This document shows positions 15,319 through 29,744 of a stretch of 64,000 nt of DNA, in pieces (positions within the stretch are counted from its first letter, which is position 1; each line of letters begins with the position of its first letter). The stretch lies in the NCBI RefSeq assembly GCF_009914755.1, contig NC_060939.1; one strand, 5' to 3'. The notes below the pieces were generated by a model that did no database searches, was not told the origin of the DNA, and worked only from the letters and a program-made list of their open reading frames with translations. Source of the DNA: the human T2T-CHM13v2.0 reference genome, Homo sapiens. Made by a program: the position numbers and the translations under genes.

Positions 15319-16284
15319 AGGGCAGGTTAAGGCATGGGTCCAGAGAGAAAATCCTAAGACATTTATTTTCAAGTATCTTGGCAATGAGTTGCAACTGGTT
15401 CCCTTTAATGCAAAACTCTTGCTTTTAGGAAGCGACTTTTTGAACAAGTAAACAGATTTCTACTAAAACTTAGGAAACTTTTCACCAAATCTACGTCCTA
15501 TTTCAAGTTTTAAAACTCAAGTGTTTTATTTGTTTATTTTTAGAGTAATTGTAAGAAAAAAGGAAGACAATACTGTTAAAATACCAATCTTCCTGAAATT
15601 TATTTATAGGTTCTACACATCCCAGTAAAACCTTTTGTAGAAATTTACAAGCTGATTCTAACATTTATATAAAAGTCAAAGGACCTATAATAGCTAGAAC
15701 AATTTTTTTAAAAAGAACGATGTTGAAGGATTTACACTGCCTTATGTCAAGACTTATTATAAAGCTATAGAAATGAAGACAGTATAGTATTTGCATAAGG
15801 ATAGACAGATTTACAGAACAGAATAGAAAGCCCAGAAATAGACCCAAACTTATATGGTCAAGTATGTTTGACAAAGGTGTTATGCCAAAGTGACTTATTG
15901 AGGAAAGGAAATTTTTTTCAATCAGTGATGCAGGAATAACTGGATATCCCCATGAAAAGGAAAAGACGTCTGATCTCTACTTCACAATATATACAAAAAT
16001 AAATTTGAGGTGGACCATAGACATAAATCTATAAGCTAAATCTATAAATTTTCTAAAAGAAAACAAAAAATAATTATCATTGAAGGCTTGGAGTACATAA
16101 AAATTCTTAGAACACAGAAAGCACAACCATAAAAGAAAAAAAAAGTTGAATTTCATTAAAACTAAAAACTTTACTCTGTAAAAGACATGATTAAGAGAAT
16201 GGCAAGACAAGCCACAGAATGGGAGAACATATTTGCAGATCACATATTTTGACCAAAAAACTTCTATCCAGAACATATGAAGAA

Positions 16285-16581
16285 TTTTTTTTTTTTTTTT
16301 TGAGATGGAGTCTCGCTGTGTCACCCAGGCTGGAGTGCAGTGCGCGATCTCGGCTCACTGCAAGCTCTGCCTCCTGGGTTCACACCATTCTCCTGCCTCA
16401 GCCTCCCGAGTAGCTGGGACTACAGGTGCCCTCCACCATGCCTGGCTAATTTTTTGTATTTTTAGTAGAGATGGGGTTTCACCATGTTGGCCAGAATGGT
16501 CTCGATCTCCTGACCTCTTGATCTGCCTGCCTTGGCCTCCCAAAGTGCTGGGATTACAGATGTGAGCCACCGTGCCCGGCC
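16285..16581 (-). mobile_element. AluY-like, no TSD
   Basis: Poly-T, caagctctgcctcctgggttcacaccattctcc (AluY-type), complete end gcccggcc; the flanks are not duplicated. Confidence 0.93.
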
Positions 16582-16862
16582 CCACTGGGAATTTTAAATG
16601 GTGAACAGTACACCTTGAAATTCTGTTTGGTGATTTCTTATCAGGTTTAATCTACATATATCCATACTATGATCTAGATATTTTCCCAAGAGAAATAAAA
16701 ACTTATGTCCACAAAGAAACCTGTACAAAAATGTTAATAGCAGCACGTTCATAATAGCCCCAAACTGAAAACAACCAAAATACCCATTGACAGGAGAATG
16801 GATAAACAAATTGTGAGATACTCATTTAATGAATACTGCTTAGAAAGAAAAAGGAATAAACT

Positions 16863-17008
16863 ACTGATATATAAAATGATATAGGTGAGTCTCAAAAACA
16901 ATATGCTAACTGATGATATATAAAATGATATAGGTGAGTCTCAGAAACAATATGCTAACTGATATATAAAATGATATAGGTGAGTCTCAGAAACAACATG
17001 CTAACTGA
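16863..17008 (+). repeat. 46-bp unit x3 minisatellite within the L1 3'UTR
   Basis: actgatatataaaatgatataggtgagtctca(g/a)aaacaa(t/c)atgcta; units of 46, 49 and 46 bp plus a terminal actga. Confidence 0.97.
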
Positions 17009-17984
17009 AAGAAGTCGGTCAAAAAAGAACACATGGTTTGATTTTATTTTTGTGAAACTCTAGAACAGAAAAACCACACTGTGAAGAAAGAAAGAAGAAC
17101 AGTATTTACTTAAAGATAGTGAATACTGCTGGAAGGTGCAGGAAGGCACTTTCTAGAGTGGTAGAAATGCCTTCTAGCTTGCATGGGTTACACAGGTGTA
17201 TGCATTTGTTAAAACCACGTTAAACTGTATCCTTTAGAACTCTACATTTCACTGTATGTAAATTATACCTCAAATCCAATATAAAACATCATTTTAAAAA
17301 TACCCACACTTTTTGTCCTAGAAGGTGGATTCTCTTTTCACGTGCAAGAAGATGATGAATATATGAATCATCATAATTTATTACAAAATAATTTGTGGGA
17401 GCCATAACATTATAATTATCAAAAGATATTAAATGGGAGATAAAGGTATAATGAAAAATAACTTGTCATCCGATCAGCCTTAAGACCATGTTGACAGTTT
17501 TACGGTTTAATCCTAAATTGAGTATGAAAGTCAAGTTTCTAAAGATAAGATATGGAAGAAAAATCTAGTGTTCCAGTAGCTAAATGACTCTTTGTGGAAA
17601 TGCACATACTTTCTGTGGTTTGTGCATAGCCTCCTAACGTGCTGATATTTTCTTTCACAGAGCAAGGGAGTACTAGTGAGGCCTGAGAAAGACTACAGCC
17701 AATGGTAGAATGTCTTTCTTTACCAAAATCATACTATAAAATTTATTTTTACAATAAGAATGTGAGAAGTAAAGTCCTTCAGCAAAAGCCAATGTCTATT
17801 AGCTGTAAGATGGCAGCTAAAATGGTGTGGCTTTTTCTTCCTTCCCTATTTAGTATGCTTTCTTGTGCATTGAAATCACTCATACTTTTTTAGTAAGTGC
17901 TGTTTATATTCAGTGCTGTGATATTGGCTACTTCTGGGAGGAATATGAAATCCTCTATTTAATAAATGTGCTAAGTTAGAACTT

Positions 17985-18425
17985 TGAGTCAGGTTGGATT
18001 CCCCAAGAGCAGACCTTAGAGTTAAGGCTTCATATGCCTGTGCTTATTCAGGAAGTGCTCACAGGAAAACCCAGATACCTGCAAGACAGTGGGGCAGGGG
18101 GAGGCAGGCAGGACAAGGGAGCCCAGCAAGGGTGTGGTCTCAGCCAATGTCCAGAGAGAGAGGAACTTCAGCCTGTCCCTTCCGGGAAACTCTGCAGTGT
18201 CAGTTACACAGAGTCATTCCAGGCCACCAGCCTGGCAGCAGGTGTCTTGCATACCCCTGCTCCTGTCTGTCACTCCAGGGTACTCCACCCACTTGAGCAG
18301 AGCAGCTCCAGTCGCCTAGGGAGCAGCCCTCTGAGAATGAGTAGAAGACGCTGCTTATTGGAAGCAAAAACATGTTGGAGTCAGGGGGTGTTTAAAAAAT
18401 GGTAAAGATATGAAGCACCAACTTT
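17985..18425. mobile_element. ERVL solo LTR (LTR16/LTR41-like)
   Basis: ggttggattccccaagagcagaccttagagttaagg...cttattcaggaagtgctcacaggaaa at one end and ggtaaagatatgaagcaccaac at the other resemble LTR16/41-family termini. Confidence 0.55.
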
Positions 18426-19278
18426 ATACGTAAGAAGCACTTTACAAGCTCTAGAACATTACCAAATGTTTTGCTACCCTTTTGTCTACCCGTATTTTGA
18501 TTCATGATATATTTGGATTTGTTTCATCTTGTATGTTTTGCATTCTATTTTCTATTTCCCCTACCTTTATAGTTTCCATTAAACTGGTTGAGTTTTCCTC
18601 ATTCTTTCTTCCTCTTTCTACTAGTTCTAGAGTTGTGACTTCTGTTCTGTTCTTTCAGTAGTTGCCCCTTGATTCTTTTTAAAATTTTTATTTTTCCAGT
18701 TAAGAATCACGTTTCCCAAATTTTACTGATTCAAACAAGGTTATTGCTTGCTCAGGGTTGCCCTTTGATTTTTAACACGCACACCTGACTGACAGGATAC
18801 CAAGGTATCAATGCCTCAACTGCTCTATTGAGAACATTAGGCTGTTGTACTCTGATCACCCCTTTATAGCTTCTAAGTCACTTTTGTCCAACAATCTGTG
18901 GTTCTGCATTTTTTATCCAACAACTAGTAGTTTTATAATTTGCTTTTTTTTACATTCTTTGCTTATTTAGATTTACCAACATGTTTACACGTGTCTTTAC
19001 TCACCACTGCTCCTTGCAACTGGCTCCGTCTTTCTGGGTTCAATTTTCATGTTACTGAAGTACAACCTTTGGTAGCCTGTCTTTCACTTCTTTGAACAAA
19101 TATTGATTGTAGTGGGGAAGAAGACAGAAAAAGTTCCGCTTTCATGGGACTTTCAATGAGAAGAGTTTGTGGGAGGTAAACTCTGTCCACAGTGTCTTCA
19201 TTGCATCCTCATGCTTGAACGGTAGTTCATGGTATCCCATCTGGATTGACCATATCTTCCCTCACCATGTGGAAGATA

Positions 19279-19953
<675 letters not shown>

Positions 19954-20482
19954 CCTTTCTGTCTACTCTGATCTCCTGGAGCTCCTATTAGACAAATGCC
20001 TGTTTTTGCTTGTATAAATGCCAATACATCTTATAGCCCAGGGACAAAGTCAGCCCATGCCTTCAAAGAAACATGAGTTCTCAAACAAAAACCTTATTCG
20101 AGCTGCACAATAAAATAGTGAGCGGGAGCTGCAGACATTCTAGCTCAGCCCACCTGATGCCTTTGATTCTCTCATGTAGTTTCCCTCTGGCTCTCACAGT
20201 CTGCTCCCTTCCAGGAGTAGCTGAATTTTTGACAAGCCCAGTCTTCTATTTCTGGTTTTGGACAGGTTTATATTTCGAACTTGGGACATTTAAGTTTGTT
20301 GGTTTTATTCCCTGTAGCTAGTCCTGCTCCTGCATGAGGTGCAGTAGCTCCGCTGAAGCGTTCCACCTCCTGGGACTCTCAGAGCTGCCATAGGCTCTGC
20401 TGCTGGGGTGAGGGAGACCTCTCTGGCTCTCTGTCGTGCACATGGAGCCACCAAGGCCAAATGACTCTGGCTATTTTTTAAA

Positions 20483-20765
20483 GACTACAATGGTAGGTAC
20501 CTGTCATTATACATTTGCCCAAACTCATAGAACGTACAACATCAAGAGTGAGCCCTAATGTGAATGATGGGGTCTGGGTGATAATGATGTGTCAAACCAG
20601 GTTCATCACACATAACAAATGTACCACTTTGGTGGCAAATGTTCACAATGGGGAGTCTGTGCATGTGTGGGTGGGGGCCGGGGGTATATGAGAACTATCT
20701 GAACCTTCTGCTTAACTTTTCTGTGAACCTGAAACTACTCTAAAAAATAAAGTCTATTAAAAGAA
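20483..20765 (+). mobile_element. L1MC1/2-like 3' end
   Basis: tgtcattatacatttgcccaaactcatagaacgtacaacatcaagagtgagccctaatgt...tgtgaacctgaaactactctaaaaaataaagtctatt. Confidence 0.85.
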
Positions 20766-20993
20766 AGATTATACACACACATTGCACATACACACAGACA
20801 AACACAATTTTTTTTTGAAAGGGAACTAGGAATACACAGTTTTCCTTAGGTTTTAAGAATCACTCATGCTTTTGCTGTGTGTGTATATATGTTTGTGTGT
20901 TTGTGTAATGTGTATACATATGCAATGTGTGTGTATAAAGTATATGTAAGTACTGTATATAATTGCACACACATTTCTCTCTATATATCTCTA

Positions 20994-21012
20994 ATATATA
21001 TATGTGTGTGTG

Positions 21013-21065
<53 letters not shown>
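20994..21065. repeat. Compound (TA)n/(TG)n microsatellite
   Basis: Alternating TA and TG tracts. Confidence 0.95.
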
Positions 21066-22184
21066 TTTACTTCTGTGGTCAAATTCCAAGAAAAGCTCTT
21101 CATTGGGTGATTAGGTGACCATATGTTTCAAATGGAAATAAGAAACTGGTAATCAATTAAGTGCAAACTACCATTCCAAAGCCAGAGAAATAAGGGGAAA
21201 ATGGCAAATAATGATAAAGGCATCTTTCCCCTAGTTAGTTTTTCTGGAAGGTCATCAGATTAAAACAAACAAAAGCAAAGCAGGCAGAGAGTCCCCTCTT
21301 CTCCCCCCATCCCATTGGGCATGCTGTGTAGATTAGGAAGAGCTGCTAGAAATCATCTCGGAGAACATTCCAAATACTTGAGACTTGTCAGGGCTCTCTT
21401 CCAGAAGGGGAGCAAAAGCCCTCATAATAAGCTGCTGACTGGACCTTTATGGCTGGGAAACACTGTAACCCTGTAATTTGGCTCGTGAAGGCCACATTCT
21501 TCTTTGGAGTACAAGCCACTGGTCAATTATTGCGGTTGGTGAGCTTTCCTTTTGGGCATGAGTCAGGGCCAATTTTACATGAAAGAAGGGTTTTCCTTCT
21601 GGCACCGACTCACTATAATTACGGAATCGTATCGTGGCATTGCTGGAAATGGTATTCTCCAGGAGCTCCCAGGGGTGCTGTGGGGTTACCCATGGGGCAC
21701 CATGTGCTGGAAACATTTTCCACAGCTGCGCCCAGCATCTCCTGATCGTGGCGTTCTTTGAACTTTTCTCGTCTTATAAGATTTAGGATTCTAGGGTCAT
21801 AAATCACCTTTTACTAAACGCTTGGCTGTGATTATTTACTCATCCTTGGAATCAAAGACTACCCTGGACTAAGTTATCTTTGTCTCTTCTTCCCTCTTAC
21901 AAAAAGCCTCCCTTCCCCTCCATCTCCCCTTCTCTACTTTCTTCCCTCCCTTCTCCCTTCCTTTTTCCTGTAATTATTGGTAACCCGTTATATGAAGACG
22001 CTCTACAAAGCTACATGACACTCATGCTGTACATTTAGGGCAGTTTTTACACCTGCTTTCATGGGAGTTTCATGACTACCTGGGGAAAAAGGGAAGAATA
22101 TCATCTCCAGAGGGGCAGTGTTACTCTCAGAGAGAAGATGGGTTTGGGAGGCGTGTGGAGGCTCCACACGTACTATATATATAT

Positions 22185-22470
22185 GACCTGGACAAATGAG
22201 TCCACCTGCTTAAGCCTCAGTTGCCACATTTATAAATTAGCAATAATAACATTACTCTCATAGGGTTCCTTGAAAAATTGGAAGAGATACTTCAAATAAA
22301 GTGTCTTGCGTATTGCTTAACACATACAAGGACGTAGTGCATTTTTATGTTTGTTTTATTATTAGTCTGCATTGGGATTTAATGAAACTGAGCCTCAGAG
22401 AGGGGAAGTGACTTGCCAAAGGACACAAAGGTAACAAGGAGCAGAGCCAGCACTGACGCTGTGGACTTTG
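22185..22470. mobile_element. Two MIR fragments in opposite orientation (~22185-22340 +, ~22365-22470 -)
   Basis: aagcctcagttgccacatttataaattagcaataataac... and gaaactgagcctcagagaggggaagtgacttgccaaaggacaca. Confidence 0.75.
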
Positions 22471-22639
22471 GACTCCGGCCACCATCCACCTGCTCTTGAT
22501 GTAGGATCGAGATGCTGCCCTCTCACACAAGGGGGGAGTGGGTGGGACAGACACTGCTGTTCCCTGTACATCCTTTCTTCAAAATCCCTCCATGAAGTTA
22601 GCCTCTTCCTTGTATGTGACGAGTTGAAAGGGAATCCAT

Positions 22640-23114
<475 letters not shown>

Positions 23115-24459
23115 TCAAGGAGGTGCGCCAGGACACCAATCTGTTTGAACAAGTGGATAATGAAACGATGCTGATTTATTTATATGCCTTACTGCTGCCT
23201 CTTCCTCAGTTGTTTGAGGTGTATCAAAGATTTTTACTCAAGATTTTACCTAAATACCAACAAAGTACATGGCAACTGACTATACATCTTTTCTCTCCTG
23301 AACAGAAGTCAGATAAACATTAATAACAAAAGTGATTTATTGCAGGCTTTCTGCTTGGATGATAACAAATAGAAAGTAACTTAAAAGCAGAGCTAGAAAC
23401 TTTATATTGCATGGTTTGAAATTGCTGCTTTGAAATACTGTATTTGGAGAGGCATCTGGTAGTCCCCAGCAGTAATGCTACCCACTGTGTGCCAGCACCA
23501 TTTCTACCTGTGGTGTGTCTACTTTAGATGTTGTGGGAGGTAAGAAAGTGTCTTCTGTATTTGAAAATGCTAGAATTACCCACTGCTTGAACTAAGTTTG
23601 ATCTGTTTGCAATCAAAAAGAAAAATCTCCAGGCACATTATTTTAGCACAAAAAACGTTGACAAACTGCTTTGGGGATTGTCTCTTTTGTACCTGGCTGT
23701 AATTTGAAAGCTCTCCCGATTATAGTCCCTGAGTTAGGTCATCAGAGTTTTATCTTATTCTACCTATCCCTCCTCTCCCCTACCCCCTGACACACTCTCT
23801 GGCAACTTCCTTTGACTTCAAGAGGTAATGGTCCTCAACCTTTCTGTAAAAGCAATATTGAGAGCAGGAACACCATGCTGTTTCAAAAGGCATTTTTTTC
23901 ATGATGACTTAGAAAGGTGTAGAAAAAAAAATAACCTGGTGGTACATTTGAGATTTGGAATGAATCCCTTCTATTTTTGTTTACTCTGGAAGAGACACTT
24001 AGGGTTTCTGTTTAGTGAAAAGATAAAGAACTGAAAGTCATGTAAAGCCTAATGGATCCTCACAATCATACTGGCCGTGGGTATTAAGTTGTTCAATTGG
24101 GACATTTTGAGCCACATTAAAGTTTGTTCTTGTACCAAATAATATAAGTAGAGAAACTGAGGATGTTTCCTGGAATTCTTAGTCACTAGATCATATAAAA
24201 ACTACCAAAATGCAGTTACAGGAAGGCATATTTACCTGTTCAATCATTCCCTACACATTTCCTTGAGTAATTTGAAAAATAAGGTCAATTAAATTGGACT
24301 ATAAAAATCAGAGTCAAGAAAGCAGAAAAAAGTCATACGTTAGTGTGAATATGGTCATTATCACATAGAAAATTTTCTTTAAGCTTCTTGATAGCTGAGT
24401 GTGGTAGGGCATTGCCCCTTTTTATAGATGAGGAAAATGATTCACAGAAGAGGAAATAA

Positions 24460-24748
<289 letters not shown>

Positions 24749-24876
24749 TAGTAAGTGGCAGCATATTGAAGCAAATCTACAAGTGATTTCAGAGAGCAAG
24801 CTTATGACCACTACTATAAATGTGCTATGTCCTCAGGCAAAGCTTTTCTTGTCACTAAATACTAGAGTATTCTAGT

Positions 24877-24922
24877 ATTCTCACTTGTCCCTACAATCAA
24901 TTCTCACTTGTCCCTACAGTCA
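24877..24922 (+). repeat. 23-bp tandem duplication
   Basis: attctcacttgtccctaca(a/g)tca x2. Confidence 0.95.
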
Positions 24923-24988
24923 ACTTGGAATTTAATCACAAGCTGAACTGGCTCTTAACAAACTATTTTTAAAATGTGTCTGTGTTTT

Positions 24989-25056
24989 GTTCACCTATGT
25001 AACAAACCTGCACATTTTACACATGTACTCCAGAACTTAAAAGTTGATGAAAAAAA
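24989..25056 (+). mobile_element. Very short L1PA/L1PB 3'-terminal insertion (~65 bp)
   Basis: cacctatgtaacaaacctgcacattttacacatgtactccagaacttaaaagttgatgaaaaaa; TSD-like gtgtctgtgttt / gtgtctttgttt. Confidence 0.85.
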
Positions 25057-25076
25057 GTGTCTTTGTTTATGTACTC

Positions 25077-25148
25077 GTGTATGTGTGTGTCTCTGTGTGT
25101 GTGTGTGTGTATATATATATACACACACATATATATGTGTATGTATAT
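25077..25148. repeat. Compound (TG)n/(TA)n/(CA)n microsatellite
   Basis: Direct inspection. Confidence 0.9.
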
Positions 25149-25204
25149 TTTATAAGTTGCAAACCAGAAAATAGTACCCCAATTCCTTAAACAGTGGACT
25201 GATG

Positions 25205-25540
25205 AGTAGAGCCAATGTTAAGTTTCAGTGCAAAAGCCTGCAGGCTCAAAACCTACAAAAACTCGATGTCTCAGTCCAAGTCTGAGGCTGGAAAAGACCA
25301 ATGTCCCAGTTCAAAGCAGTCAGGCAGGAGGAGTTCCCTCTTAGCCTCTTTGTTCTCTTCTGGTGTTCAATTGTTTACATGAGGCTGGTCCATTCACATT
25401 AGGGAGGGCCATCTGCTTTACTCAGTCTATGAATTCAAACATCAATCTCATCTCCAGACACTCTCACTGACATACCCAGAATGAGGTTTGACAAAGTGTC
25501 TAGGCAGCAGGCAAGTTGAAACATGAAATTAACTATCACA
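25205..25540 (-). mobile_element. MLT2 (MLT2B/D-like) LTR fragment, ERVL
   Basis: cacattagggagggccatctgctttactcagtctatgaattcaaac...catacccagaat...aagttgaaacatgaaattaactatcaca (reverse complement of the MLT2 5' end). Confidence 0.85.
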
Positions 25541-25542
25541 AA

Positions 25543-25919
25543 TTTATGGACTGAAGGTTTGTCCCCCACCCCCACATTTGTATGTTGAAATCTTAACCTC
25601 AATGTGATGGTATTTGGAGATGGGCCTTTGGAAAGTAATTAGGTTTAGAGGACGTCATAAGGTTGGGCCTTCAAGTTGGGATTAGTCCCCCTAGAAGAAG
25701 AAACACCAGAGAGCTAGCTCTCTCTCTCTCTCTGCTTTTTGAAAACATGGTGAAAATGTAGCTGTCTGCAAGCCAGGAAAAGAGCTCCGACCAGAACTCA
25801 ACAATGCCAGCATGTGGATCTTGGACTTCCAGCTTCCAGAATTACGAGAAAATAAATTTCTGTTGCGTGAGCCACCCAGTCTATGGTATTTTGTTATAGT
25901 AGCTTGAGCTGACAAGACT
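25543..25919 (+). mobile_element. MLT1A/MLT1A0 solo LTR (ERVL-MaLR)
   Basis: tatggactgaaggtttgtccccc...tatgttgaaatcttaacctcaatgtgatggtatttggagatgggcctttgg...gatcttggacttccagcttccagaa...aataaatttctgttg...gccacccagtctatggtattttgttatag. Confidence 0.9.
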
Positions 25920-28900
25920 ATCTATATATATAAAACCTGATAATGTGAAATAAACAAACAGGTTACTTTTTTATTTTTTTTTTCCAGGTTGGAAGGAATC
26001 TCAATAAGTAGCTGTTCAGGGCTCAAGAAAGACAACCCTCTCCAGGAATGTCTTTATTATTGGCAATACCTGAGTTATATAATCATCCTGACCTGCAAGG
26101 GAGGCTGGGCATTTGAATATTTTACATTATAATGTCTAGAAAAGGGGGTTTTGGATGCCTGTTAAGTGAGATAACACACAATATCTGCCATGATATCAGT
26201 GAAAGAATCGGAACTAGAAGAGCTAAACAAAATCTAAAATCTCTAGGTTTCAATGAAAAAGGTACATTGATTTGGTTTTTGTTCCCTCCCTGTTTGGTAC
26301 TTGAGTAGGAAAGAAACAGAATATTAGGTAAGAATCATTTGGACAGATTTATCCTTTCTTGCAGATACAGAATTAATTAATATGTTTTACTGAACACTTG
26401 GTATATTTCTGTATGAAATCCAGTGTTTTGCATGAGGCATTGGTAGCCATTCTCTCTGGCTGTTTGTCTTGAATAAACAAAGCACCTTTATTTCAGTAAA
26501 GCATCTGTCAGGGTATAAGTTGTATTCAACTAGATTTAAAGGCCAACTATGTACAGTTTAGTCTGGATCTTAAAGGGTGATGCTTTCATGCTAGAGCCTC
26601 CTGTTTACCTTCTAAATTGAGCTCTTTTAACCCCTGTTTTTCTCTACCTAATTATCTTAAGTGGAAGATGTTCTTGATTTTACTCACATTCTGTCCCCGT
26701 GCTGGAATCGACCCACCTCTATTGCAGTGTCCCTATCACTTTGCCCAGCTCTTCCTAGTTCAAGCTGCTCCACGCCCAGCATGGACCATTCCCAGGTGGT
26801 GAGCCCCAGGCTTCTGTTGGCCTCTCTCCTTGACCTGCTCTACAGATGACCACTAATCCATCTAGACTCAGGCCTACCCTCTTCTAATCAGGTTACTCCC
26901 AAGCATTTTCCTACCTACACTAACTCCCGGGCTTTCACAGACTTCTGTGTCTCCCTTGTTCAATTTCTCATTAGCCAACTCCCTGGCTCACTCCTTCCAC
27001 ATTTGCATGACACCTCGATTTATTTGGGGAACATCTGCCAGGGGTAGAGTGGGAAGGAAACTTTTGGAGGAAGTCTGCAATGTAGTGTTTGCTTCTCAGC
27101 ATAACAAAGACAAGTCCTGAAGGTGAAGTGCAAAGATAGACTATTCCATTTTGTAAAAACAACTCTTTATGCCTGCCGGTAATTATTGATTAGAGACCAG
27201 ATGTTTGCCAACATCGCTGTTATAGCTCTGGTTCTGTGTGGATGTGGAATTTGATCAGCTTTAAAACATCAGTTTCAATAGACATGATTTTAGATGGTGG
27301 CACTTGGGATAATTTAAAGTCAACAGAAAAGAAATTCTACTGGGAGAGGGGAAGAGGCAGGGCACTCATTCTTTGAACAAATTTCTCCTTTCTGCAAAAG
27401 GTATCTGTCCTGAAGCCAATTCAATCATAGCTCTGCGAGGTAGCTTATTAGCTAATTCAGTTCAGAATCACTTATGTAAATAAACTGATTCCAGACAATT
27501 AGGCTGTCCATTGAGAAGCTTATTTGTTAATTTATGAAGCTGTTACTTAGCTTCCATGCTTGTTAATCCCCTCTTCTTTCTACTTCAATGAGGATAAGAT
27601 ACTTGCACCTTCTAGATAAGTGTCCTTAAATTGGGGTGCATGAACTTTCTGAAGCTTTACATACAACTGAGATGCTGCCCAGCATCAGGCACACTGCAGA
27701 TGTCCCCAATAGACGTTTGTTAAATGAATGACTGTGTGAATGAATGAAAGCTTGGTTTGTCATGAGACCACAGGGCAGCATAATTTCAGAAAATACATTC
27801 ATGTACTTTTAAAAGTACCTGCCTCATTTCTGTGATCCAATGCCTGAAAATATGTCACCATTTTAATGTTTGTTACTCAGACTATTCTATACACTATTAA
27901 TTGAAATCTAAGAGGTAGACCCTGTTTAAACTGGCAGAGGACTGCTTTTTGCTCATTGCTAGAAGCTGTAATTTATATTTACAAATTTCTTGAATGAGGA
28001 GAGGGAGAATTGTATCTTACTATTTCTGTTCTTCCTCTTCCTCGTTCCACCATAGCTTTGAATGATGCATTGGCCCACGTGGACCACCTTCCATTTCCCA
28101 AGACTTTTTGAAGGCAATGAATGAGAAGAAAGCAGAGAAAACAGTGGGCATGAGGTCAGATGACTCAGGCTTGAGTACTGATCACATCAAGGATTGGACG
28201 CACTGCTCTTAGGAAGGCACAACTTCTACTACTTTCAGTCTTATCAACTGTGAGAGGTAATAATGATACCTGGAGATTATCTTGTTCTGAAGAACGAACA
28301 TTATGAGTTTTATCATTATTAGCAAAAACTTGCCAGTACCAGGAATTGCTGCAGATGACTGAGGAAAGATTTCTAGCCAGCTCTCAGAGGGAAGTGACTT
28401 GCTTGCAGCAAGGCTTCTTTCTTACCTGCAGTGTAAGTTGAGTTCAGACAATGGTGGTCTTGCATGCTGCAGACACATAGTCATGTCCTGTGCTTGCCCT
28501 GTGTGGCAGGGAACAGCAGCTCCTTTGCAGAAGGAATGGGCCACTGCAGAAGTTCATGTGCTCCCAATTTTTCTATGACATCCACTTGACTTTCTGTGTC
28601 CTCTTTGCTATTTTCATGCTATCATGCTACTTCATGGCCAGTGCAGCTTAAGAAACATTTACTAAGGACTGGGAGAAAATCAGAAATATTTATGACTTAA
28701 GCACTGCCACTGAGTTGCTTCCATTTCTAGAAGGAGACACCAGTCAAACACAGTTCTATTCATGGCCAGGTGAAAAAGGGAAACATGATAACAGGAAAAT
28801 TATAAAATAATTCTAGAAGAAAGAATACTTATTTTTCAGTGGAGAATTCAAAGAGAAGGTGCAAGGTCTTAGAACTAGGTGTTGAAAGATGAGCAGTCTT

Positions 28901-29744
28901 TTGTCAGGCTGAGATGAGAGGGAAGAGCGTTAGAGGTTGAGGGAACATCATGAACAAAGGCATAAAAATAGAAAGAACCTGTGAGACCTGGGAATTAACA
29001 ATGGTAGTTTGATAGTGGAGCCGATCTGGGGAAAGGCTTAAAAAATATACTGAATAGAGTTTGAGACTAGGTTGTAAATTGTTTTCAATGCAAGTTAATA
29101 AAATTCATGATTTATTTATCTTGAAGTAATTTATAAAGTACAGATAAAAGGTAAAAGGCAGCTCTTCCCTCCAGCATTTGTGCAATACTTATTAATGTTT
29201 TGGTGTACTTCCTTCCAGTCTTTTTTCTTCACATTTACAGATTACTCTCCTTTCCTTATCCAACGTTATCTACTAAGCTTTACCGTATGCTGCAACATCA
29301 GCTTCACAATCAGCATAGTTATATAAAAGTCTATCTAGTGTTGAGTATATAAAGCAGGCTCATTGTTTCCAAGATGAAGACTTGGCAAGGCTGCAGATAA
29401 GATTTATTTGAAGGAGCCAGTCATTTTGATTTTCCATGGTAAGAACCTATGGAGAAAAACAGTCATTGGGATTTTTTTTTTTTTTTACTAGAAATCATAT
29501 CACAGGTATATCTAAGAAACAAGGGGTGCCAACTTCCTGGTAGGTGCTGCAATGGTATTTGGTCGGATTTTATCTACCACTCTGTGATCTCTGGAGATTC
29601 TATATTGTGCTGCATCTATCCAAGGCTTCCTTTACAGGGTAACTACACATTTACCCAGAAAAGGGGAGACAGAATGGGCAGAGAGTTTATGTAGCCAGGA
29701 AATCAATCTTTATGGAAAATTCCTCTACTATATGCATTCATTTA

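Larger units (their letters stand above)
15560..17290 (+). mobile_element. Old L1M (L1MC/L1ME-like) 3' fragment interrupted by an Alu
   Basis: ORF2-end motifs (gaaatttacaagctgattctaacatttatat...ggacctataatagctagaacaatt) and 3' end catttcactgtatgtaaattatacctcaa. Confidence 0.85.

Noticed and set aside
16863-17008. CRISPR-like appearance of repeated units (also the LTR12 repeats at 52350-52557)
   Set aside because: The repeats are contiguous with no unique spacers, there are no cas genes, and they derive from L1 and LTR12 in a primate genome.
21606-21617. CGACTCACTATA, matching 12 nt of the T7 promoter
   Set aside because: Lacks the upstream TAATA and the downstream G start, and no vector sequence is nearby; treated as coincidence.
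24858-24879. Perfect 9-bp hairpin aatactaga-gtat-tctagtatt
   Set aside because: AT-rich, and several stems of this size are expected by chance in 64 kb.
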